Below are positions 37,781 through 44,245 of a DNA stretch of 44,245 nucleotides, piece after piece. The DNA comes from Pyrobaculum sp. (GTDB lineage: Archaea; Thermoproteota; Thermoprotei; Thermoproteales; Thermoproteaceae), in contig JBKBOT010000012.1 in NCBI GenBank assembly GCA_046293555.1, positions 1 through 44,245 of the forward strand, given 5' to 3'. Position 1 is the first letter of the stretch. Every line of letters begins with the position of its first letter. The notes under the pieces were generated by a model. It was given only the letters and a program-made list of their open reading frames with translations. It had not been told where the DNA came from and did not search any database. Position numbers and translations under genes: made by a program.

Positions 37781-39042
37781 AACTCCCCAAAGGCCAGCGG
37801 GTCGGACCTGGGGCTCATCTCGCCGGCCAGCGGGGTGGTCAACACGTGGGGCACCTCCTCCCTCTTGAAGTTGGCAAGAGCCCAAGACATCTTGACGTAA
37901 GCCACCTCTGGCAGCATGTCCTCTAGAGGCACCACGCCTAGAGACAAGAGCTCTCTCCCCCTCCTGTAGACATATAGGTTAGTCCTGCCGTATAGCGTCT
38001 GGCTCGTCATAGCCACCACAACGCCGGCGTCTATTAATTTCTTTACGGCAGGGAGCAGGTAGTCCCCCACGTGGCCAAAACCCGTGCCTTCAAGCACCAC
38101 GCCCCTTATCCCCATATCTACCAACGCCGTCAACATCTCGGGCCGCATGCCGGGAAAGAACTTCACCAAAGCCGCGTTGTCGTCAAACTTGGGCCTACAG
38201 ACGAGACCCCCCCTGGGCTTATACCTGTCGAGGATTTGCAGCAAGTCTCTATCTGGCATGTACTCCGCCAGAGGCCTCCCGTCTATTGACTGAAAGGCGT
38301 CACGTCTAGAGGTGTGCATTTTCCTAACCCGCGTGCCTCTATGTACCGCCGCCACCCCGTCGCCACTGGCTTTATGCATCACCACTACAGACTCGCCAAA
38401 GGGGGCCCTGGCGGCAACGGCCAGAGCCGCCTTGAGGTTCAACACGGCGTCTGTAGAAGGCCTGTCGCTAGACCTCTGGGCCCCTACAAGCACTATGGGG
38501 CCCGGCGCCTCCCGAAAGGCGAAAGCCATTGCGGCGGCGGTGTAGTGCATGGTGTCTGTGCCGTGGAGAACCACCACGCCCCTGGCCCCGCCCTCAAAGG
38601 CCTCTCTAGCCCTTTCGGCAACTAGACTCCACACAGCCGGAGTGAAGTCCTCGCTGAATTTAGACGTCACCTCAGCCAGCTCTATGGGCGACTCCAGCCC
38701 CCCCAGAAGCTCGAGGAGGTAGGAGACGCTTAAAGTTGGGTACACGCCCCCCGTCGTGTAGTCCACCTTTGAGAGTATGGTCCCCCCAGCCGCCAGCACC
38801 CACACCTTCTCCCCCTCAACTCCCGGCGGCTCCCCAGGGGGGGCTGCCGTAGGGACCTCGCCCAGCTCTACCAACTCGCCTATCTTCCCCCTCCTTACCC
38901 CCACGTTGTATCCATTTTTCAGCTTGACCACCACCACGTCCGGGTCGCTATATTGGGTGGGGGGGATTAAAACTCCTTCAAACACGTCGCCGTCTTTCAA
39001 CACCACCCTTACCCTCTTGTACACGCCCCACCCCAGCCACAC
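37777..39042 (-). CDS. gatD: Glu-tRNA(Gln) amidotransferase subunit D
   Basis: KLKNGYNVG, GGTILSKVDYTTGGV, HGTDT, GAQRSSDRP, RKMHTSRRDAF and DMLPEVAYVK. Confidence 0.96.
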   Translation of the reverse strand: MWLGWGVYKRVRVVLKDGDVFEGVLIPPTQYSDPDVVVVKLKNGYNVGVRRGKIGELVELGEVPTAAPPGEPPGVEGEKVWVLAAGGTILSKVDYTTGGVYPTLSVSYLLELLGGLESPIELAEVTSKFSEDFTPAVWSLVAERAREAFEGGARGVVVLHGTDTMHYTAAAMAFAFREAPGPIVLVGAQRSSDRPSTDAVLNLKAALAVAARAPFGESVVVMHKASGDGVAAVHRGTRVRKMHTSRRDAFQSIDGRPLAEYMPDRDLLQILDRYKPRGGLVCRPKFDDNAALVKFFPGMRPEMLTALVDMGIRGVVLEGTGFGHVGDYLLPAVKKLIDAGVVVAMTSQTLYGRTNLYVYRRGRELLSLGVVPLEDMLPEVAYVKMSWALANFKREEVPHVLTTPLAGEMSPRSDPLAFGEL

Positions 39043-39132
39043 TTATATAAAATTACCCCCACCGGCCCCATGGGGCACCCGGCGTGGTGCCGGCAGAGCT
39101 AAAATTTTTTAAGTAAAAAGGATGGTAGGGGC

Positions 39133-40584
39133 ATGAGATTCCCTATAAACAAGATAAATGACTTCATCTGGGAGATCCCACCCGGCGTGAAGCCATGCCA
39201 AAAGGTGCCCGTCAGGATCTACGCAGACTCGGCGTTGCTGGAAAAGATGAAGACCGACCTCACCTTAGAGCAAGGAGTCAACGTGGGCTGTCTCCCCGGC
39301 ATATATAGGTGGAGCATAGTCCTGCCAGACGCCCACCAGGGCTACGGATTCCCCATCGGCGGCGTGGCTGCGGTAGATGTAGAAGAGGGGGTCATATCGC
39401 CTGGCGGCATTGGTTACGACATAAACTGCGGCGTGAGGGTACTACGCACAAACCTCACGGAGGCTGAGGTGAGGCCAAGGCTGAGGGAGCTGGTAGACGC
39501 CATATTTAGGCTAGTGCCCCCGGGGGTAGGCGGCACTGGCCACCTAAGGCTGTCGCCAACAGAGTTCGACAGGGCGCTGGCAGAAGGCGTGGAGTGGGCG
39601 GTACAGAAGGGCTACGGCTGGCCGGAAGACATGGAGTACATAGAGGAGAGGGGGTCGTGGAAGCTGGCAGACCCCACAAAAGTGAGCGAGAAGGCCAAGG
39701 CCAGGGGGAGAGACCAGCTGGGCACCCTGGGCTCCGGCAACCACTTCCTAGAGATACAGGTGGTGGACAAAATATATGACGAGAAGGTAGCCAAGACCTT
39801 TGGCATAGAGCGGGAGGGACAGGTGGTGGTCATGATACACACCGGCAGCCGGGGCTTTGGCCACCAGGTGGCCACAGACTACCTGCTGACCATGGAGAGA
39901 AAGATGCGGCAGTGGGGCCTCAACCTGCCAGATAGAGAGCTGGCGGCGGCCCCCCTAAGGGACAGGGTGGCTGAGGACTACATAAAGGCCATGGCCGCCG
40001 CCGCCAACTTCGCCTGGACAAACCGCCACGTCATAATGCACTGGGTGAGAGAAGCCTTCAAGAAGGTGTTTGGCTCCCTGGAGAGGGTGGGGCTAGAGCT
40101 GGTATACGACGTGGCTCACAACATCGCCAAGCTGGAAGACCACGTGGTAGACGAGAGGGGCACCACAAGACGGGTGTGGGTGCATCGCAAAGGCGCCACG
40201 AGGGCCTTCCCACCAGGCAGGCCGGAGATACCCGCCAGATATAGAGAGGTAGGCCAGCCGGTGTTAATACCCGGCTCAATGGGCACAGCCTCTTGGATAC
40301 TTGTGGGGACGCCGGAGTCCATGACGTTGACCTTCGGCACGGCCCCACACGGCGCAGGCCGCGTGTTGAGCAGAGAGGCCGCCATTAGGATGTACCCACC
40401 GCAGAAGGTAAAAGACGAGATGGACAAAAGGGGGATAGTTGTGAGAAGCGCGGAGACCGAGGTAATCAGCGAGGAGGCCCCCTGGGCATACAAAGATGTG
40501 GACAGGGTGGTAGAGTCAGCACACCAGGTGGGGTTCGCCAGAAAGGTGGTAAGACAGAGGCCAATTGGGGTGGTCAAGGGCTAG
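39133..40584 (+). CDS. rtcB: RtcB 3'-phosphate RNA ligase (tRNA splicing ligase)
   Basis: PDAHQGYGFPIGG, GYDINCGVR, GTLGSGNHF, HTGSRG, HRKGAT, HGAGR and EEAPWAYK; no intein. Confidence 0.98.
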   Translation: MRFPINKINDFIWEIPPGVKPCQKVPVRIYADSALLEKMKTDLTLEQGVNVGCLPGIYRWSIVLPDAHQGYGFPIGGVAAVDVEEGVISPGGIGYDINCGVRVLRTNLTEAEVRPRLRELVDAIFRLVPPGVGGTGHLRLSPTEFDRALAEGVEWAVQKGYGWPEDMEYIEERGSWKLADPTKVSEKAKARGRDQLGTLGSGNHFLEIQVVDKIYDEKVAKTFGIEREGQVVVMIHTGSRGFGHQVATDYLLTMERKMRQWGLNLPDRELAAAPLRDRVAEDYIKAMAAAANFAWTNRHVIMHWVREAFKKVFGSLERVGLELVYDVAHNIAKLEDHVVDERGTTRRVWVHRKGATRAFPPGRPEIPARYREVGQPVLIPGSMGTASWILVGTPESMTLTFGTAPHGAGRVLSREAAIRMYPPQKVKDEMDKRGIVVRSAETEVISEEAPWAYKDVDRVVESAHQVGFARKVVRQRPIGVVKG

Positions 40585-40717
40585 GCGGCAGAAACCACGC
40601 CACAACCGCTTCAACACCTCCACCGCACCCTAGAACTTTACCTCAATAAGCCAACAATTAAACATCATAACGGCCGGTGGGTACTGTCGAGCATAGGCGC
40701 CGTTCTTTGTCCTCCGT

Positions 40718-41407
40718 CTAGTCTAAAGGGTAACACCGCGTCAAGTCGCCTTTGTATAGTGCGTAGCCCACTATGACGCCGTCAAACCCCGCGGCTAGCG
40801 CCGTCTCTACGTCTCCACATGTCTTGACGCCGCCGGCGTAATAAAGCCTTTTCGCCAGGGTTTTCAACATGGCCACGTCTATGTCTAGCTTTACCCCGCC
40901 GCCGGTGCCCTCCACCTCTACCGCCGTAACTACCAACGCGGCGTAGGGGGCGTGGCGTCTCAACAGACTTACCGCCTGTGGCAGACCTGCCGCCTGTCTG
41001 GTCCAGCCTTCAGTTAACACATGTCCCCAGCCGTAGTCTATAGACACCACAAGCCTCTCGCCGAATTGCCCAGCCGCCTCCCTAAAGGCTTGGGGGTTTT
41101 TGAAGGGGAGGGAGCCCACCACCGCGTATTGGCAGTGGGAGAGAGCCCACCCCACCGCCTCCACGTCTCTAAGGCCGCCTCCCAGCTGACACCTGCCCCC
41201 CAACGCGGCGGCCACCTGCCCCGCCGCCTCTATGTTTACCGGCCTGCCGGCCTCGGCGCCGTCTAGATCTACAATATGTACCAACGGCGCCTTTTTAAAC
41301 CTCTCCGCCAGCTCCAGTGGGTTTCCCACGTAGACATACTGCCCCCGCCTGCCTTGGACACGTTTGACCGCCCTCCCCCCCTCGAGATCTATAGAGGGGA
41401 TAATCAT
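40718..41407 (-). CDS. hisA: ProFAR isomerase HisA
   Basis: IIPSIDL.GGRAV, HIVDLDGA, QLGGGLR, EGTGGG and AGGV. Confidence 0.93.
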   Translation of the reverse strand: MIIPSIDLEGGRAVKRVQGRRGQYVYVGNPLELAERFKKAPLVHIVDLDGAEAGRPVNIEAAGQVAAALGGRCQLGGGLRDVEAVGWALSHCQYAVVGSLPFKNPQAFREAAGQFGERLVVSIDYGWGHVLTEGWTRQAAGLPQAVSLLRRHAPYAALVVTAVEVEGTGGGVKLDIDVAMLKTLAKRLYYAGGVKTCGDVETALAAGFDGVIVGYALYKGDLTRCYPLD

Positions 41408-41964
41408 AACACACCCTTGGTGCTCTGTATGCCCACAGCTGGCGACATGGCCTGCCTGACGGCGAGTCCCAGGGCCTTGTGGGCAGCCTCTATCTTGTGG
41501 TGTGGGTCAGAGCCACGCATGTATATATGGATGGTGGCTTTGGCCTCTGTGGCCAGCGTCCTCACCCAGTGGCGAAACATCTGGAGGGGGTAGCCCCCTA
41601 TCGTTATCTGGGGGATAGAGCCTCTCACCACCCAATACGCCCTCCCCCCCAGATCTACCGCAACAAGCGAAAAGGCGTCGTCCATAGGCACGGCGGCCCA
41701 GCCAAACCTGGCGATAGCCTTTCTATCCCCCAGCAGGACGTCTAGCGCTCTCCCCAACGCTATGGCCACATCTTCAACTATGTGGTGGCCGTCATCTAGA
41801 CGCCTCTTTTCTCTAACCTCCACCCGGCCCCCAAGCCCCGCGTAGAAGAGAAATGTCTCCACCATGTGGCTGAGAAAAGGCATGGGGGTCTCCACATGTG
41901 GCGCCCCGCCTGGCGTCAGGGAGATGGAGACATACGTCTCGCCGGTTTCCCTCTGGTAGGACAC
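41404..41964 (-). CDS. hisB: Imidazoleglycerol-phosphate dehydratase
   Basis: RETGET, FLSHM, DGHHIVED, PMDDA, DPHHKIEA and STKGVL. Confidence 0.96.
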   Translation of the reverse strand: MSYQRETGETYVSISLTPGGAPHVETPMPFLSHMVETFLFYAGLGGRVEVREKRRLDDGHHIVEDVAIALGRALDVLLGDRKAIARFGWAAVPMDDAFSLVAVDLGGRAYWVVRGSIPQITIGGYPLQMFRHWVRTLATEAKATIHIYMRGSDPHHKIEAAHKALGLAVRQAMSPAVGIQSTKGVL

Positions 41965-41996
41965 GCCCTATAAATCTTAAATAATAAATATTTCTA
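41965..41996. promoter_or_regulatory. 32-bp bidirectional promoter between hisB and hisF
   Basis: gccctataaatcttaaataataaatatttcta, AT-rich, between divergent starts. Confidence 0.65.
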
Positions 41997-42755
41997 ATGC
42001 CGGCCGTCCGCATAATACCGTGTCTAGACGTAGACGGCAAGGCTGGGGTGGTGGTAAAGGGGGTTAACTTCGAGGGGGTTAGAGAGGTGGGGGACCCGGT
42101 GGAGATGGCTGTGAGATATGAGGAAGAGGGTGCGGATGAGATTGTGATACTAGATATCACCGCCACGCCGGAAGGCCGCGGCACGTTTATAGAGCTGGTG
42201 AGAGCTGTAGCCACGGCGGTCACTATCCCAGTGGCTGTAGGCGGCGGCGTGAGGTCTCTAAAAGACGCAGAGGCGTTATTTAAGGCGGGGGCGGACAAGG
42301 TGTCTATAAACACAGCCGCAGTGAGAGACCCAAGCCTTGTGTCAAAACTCGCCGAGGAGTTCGGCAGCCAGTCCACAATAGTGGCAATAGACGCCAAGAG
42401 GGGGGGAGGGGGGTTTGAGGTATATATAAAAGCCGGAAGGGAGCCCACGGGGCTAGACGCGGTGCAGTGGGCTAGAGAGGTGGAAAGGCTTGGCGCCGGG
42501 GAGATACTCCTCACGTCAATAGACCGAGATGGCACCAGGCTGGGGTACGACCTGGAGCTACTAAGGGCGGTGACCACGGCTGTACACATACCGGTGATCG
42601 CCTCCGGCGGCGCGGGAGAGCTAACACACTTCCTAGAGGCAGTGAGGGCGGGGGCAGACGCCGTGTTGGCAGCAAGCCTCTTCCACTTCGGCATAATTTC
42701 GGTAAGGCAGATAAAGGAGTTTCTCAAAAAACACGGCGTGGAGGTAAGGCCATGA
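41997..42755 (+). CDS. hisF: Imidazole glycerol phosphate synthase cyclase subunit
   Basis: [40 protein letters not shown] and ASGGAG. Confidence 0.98.
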   Translation: MPAVRIIPCLDVDGKAGVVVKGVNFEGVREVGDPVEMAVRYEEEGADEIVILDITATPEGRGTFIELVRAVATAVTIPVAVGGGVRSLKDAEALFKAGADKVSINTAAVRDPSLVSKLAEEFGSQSTIVAIDAKRGGGGFEVYIKAGREPTGLDAVQWAREVERLGAGEILLTSIDRDGTRLGYDLELLRAVTTAVHIPVIASGGAGELTHFLEAVRAGADAVLAASLFHFGIISVRQIKEFLKKHGVEVRP

Positions 42756-43894
42756 GGCGGCCTATCCCCCGCGAGGCGGTTAAGGCAGTGGAGCCTATAA
42801 TAGACGACGTGGCTTCTAGAGGCCTAGAGGCGGCTTTAGAGTATTCCCAAAGGCTAGATGGCGTCAAGCCGGAAAAGCCTCTCCTAACGCCTCGCGATGG
42901 CGGCAGCCCTGAGGTAGTGGCCGCAGCGTTGAAGACAGCTGAGGCGTTAGAAAGGCTTTATGCACAACTGACGCCTCGTAACGTCGTGGATTATCACGGC
43001 GGGGTGTTACGGACAGTGATCTGGAGGCCTGTGACCAGCGTGGCTCTATACGTCCCAGCCCGCTATATCTCCACGTTGGTGATGACGGCAGTGCCGGCGA
43101 AGATAGCCGGCGTGGGGAAAATCTACGTCGTCACGCCGCCGAGGGGGGCTACCGACGAGCTTCTAGCTGTGGCCAAGTGGCTGGGGGTAGAGGCGGTGTT
43201 ACAGCTAGGAGGCCCACATGGCCTTGCCTACGCCGTTTTTCACCTAGGTGTAGACATGGTGGCGGGGCCGGGGGGTCTTTACGTACAGGCGGCGAAATAC
43301 GTCCTCTCGCAACACGTGGGTATAGACGGCATAGAGGGCCCCACAGAGCTGGTGACATACGCCGAGGGGGTGCCGCCCGGGGTAGCCGCCGCCGGCGCGT
43401 TAGCCCAGTTGGAACACGGCCCGGCCTCCACCGCATATGTCCTGTCGCCAGATGGGGGGCTGTTGAGAGCTGTGGAGGAGATATACCGCAGGGAGAGGAC
43501 ATCCTCCATGGGCCCCCTAGAGGTGAGGAAGGTGGCTGACTACAGAGAGGCGGCGGAGGTGATAGACAGCATTGCGCCGGAGCATCTAGAGGTTTGGGGG
43601 AGGCGGGAGCTGGCCTATATGGTGAAAAACGTGGGCGCCGTGTCTGTCAACATGGCCAGCCCCTATCTAGACTACGCCGCCGGAATCTCCCACGTGTTGC
43701 CTACAGGCGGCGCCGCGAGGTGGCGCGGCATATTGACGCCAGCTACCTTCATGAAGCCAATCGGCATAGCCGAGGCGATAGGCCACCTAGAGCTACTCCA
43801 AGCCGCCGAAATACTGGCAAAATACGAGGGCTTCCAAAAACACCACGAGGCGTTACAAGTACACAAAAATAAGTGGGACCGCAGCTTTGTTTAA
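42752..43894 (+). CDS. hisD: Histidinol dehydrogenase
   Basis: [50 protein letters not shown] and EG...H. Confidence 0.95.
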   Translation: MRRPIPREAVKAVEPIIDDVASRGLEAALEYSQRLDGVKPEKPLLTPRDGGSPEVVAAALKTAEALERLYAQLTPRNVVDYHGGVLRTVIWRPVTSVALYVPARYISTLVMTAVPAKIAGVGKIYVVTPPRGATDELLAVAKWLGVEAVLQLGGPHGLAYAVFHLGVDMVAGPGGLYVQAAKYVLSQHVGIDGIEGPTELVTYAEGVPPGVAAAGALAQLEHGPASTAYVLSPDGGLLRAVEEIYRRERTSSMGPLEVRKVADYREAAEVIDSIAPEHLEVWGRRELAYMVKNVGAVSVNMASPYLDYAAGISHVLPTGGAARWRGILTPATFMKPIGIAEAIGHLELLQAAEILAKYEGFQKHHEALQVHKNKWDRSFV

Positions 43895-44074
43895 ACCTCC
43901 TTTGTCACGAGCGCCGGCCGCCTAGATGCCGTCTGGCGTCTTCCTCAGAGAGAGCTGAAAAGAACCCCACACCTCCGCCTTGTACACAAGCCTGATCTTT
44001 AAACACAGTAGAGCACCTAAATCCTAAAGCATACGCCGCAGCTACAAACCTCACACACACTACTAGAATAAGGA

Positions 44075-44084
44075 AAAAAAGAGT
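44075..44084 (-). terminator. U-rich terminator after the pilin-like gene
   Basis: CTCTTTTTTT on the minus strand about 17 nt after the TAA at 44101. Confidence 0.5.
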
Positions 44085-44100
44085 TTGGGGAGATTTCACA

Positions 44101-44245
44101 TTACGGCTTTACTGCCGCATTGAACGGAAACGACTGGCCGCCGCTTAGTATCACTCTGCCGGGTACCATAGTGCCCGGCGTTAGTGTAACACCCGATACA
44201 GAGCCGAATAATTCTTTTTGTTCACCAACTGCTACTTTTACTGGC
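44101..44245 (-). CDS. 3' end of a putative type IV pilin-like protein (partial)
   Basis: Open frame ...PVKVAVGEQKELFGSVSGVTLTPGTMVPGRVILSGGQSFPFNAAVKP*; resembles the C-terminal strands of Pyrobaculum pilins as I recall them. Absent from the ORF track. Confidence 0.6.
   Translation of the reverse strand, partial: PVKVAVGEQKELFGSVSGVTLTPGTMVPGRVILSGGQSFPFNAAVKP

Noticed and set aside
39055-39100. GC-rich hairpins between the gatD and rtcB promoters
   Set aside because: Short stems (CCCCA/TGGGG, GCACC/GGTGC) without C/D, K-turn or ACA motifs.
40585-40717. Possible C/D sRNA (ATGATGT on minus strand) or LIEVK-containing nuclease remnant between rtcB and hisA
   Set aside because: No properly spaced D'/C'/D boxes; the peptide fragment is too short and interrupted.
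41813-42727. 304-aa minus-strand ORF
   Set aside because: Antisense shadow of hisF.
43905-44099. 64-aa minus-strand ORF
   Set aside because: Runs through the U-rich terminator of the upstream gene and has no recognisable motif.
1-44245. CRISPR arrays, tRNA/rRNA genes, inteins in rgy/rtcB/leuS
   Set aside because: No regularly spaced repeats or cloverleaf/T-loop signatures seen in the gaps, and protein lengths leave no room for inteins. A by-eye scan could miss sRNAs overlapping CDSs.

Overview
GC-rich, gene-dense archaeal chromosomal segment that looks like Thermoproteaceae (Pyrobaculum-like). The evidence is reverse gyrase, GAPOR, GatD, aIF-1A, isopentenyl phosphate kinase, a ZPR1 protein and apparently leaderless genes with TATA boxes about 25 nt upstream. 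Most of the window is housekeeping: rgy, leuS, porGDAB, GAPOR, rpiA, thiL, GGPP synthase/ipk, gatD, rtcB and hisABFD. A decaying or accessory stretch (about 9.6-16.4 kb) holds a KaiC-like ATPase, a collapsed type IV pilus/KaiC locus, a very compact TnpB-derived RuvC/Zn-ribbon protein, a frameshifted gene, a coiled-coil transglutaminase-like surface protein and a palindrome-rich region with no credible ORF. Two guide RNAs absent from the ORF track can be read directly from the sequence. One is an H/ACA sRNA (7890-7963, minus strand) whose pocket is complementary to the 16S rRNA site equivalent to E. coli 966 / yeast 18S U1191. The other is a C/D box sRNA overlapping the aIF-1A stop codon. I saw no CRISPR array, tRNA or rRNA gene. 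All calls are from motif recognition by eye; no searches were run.
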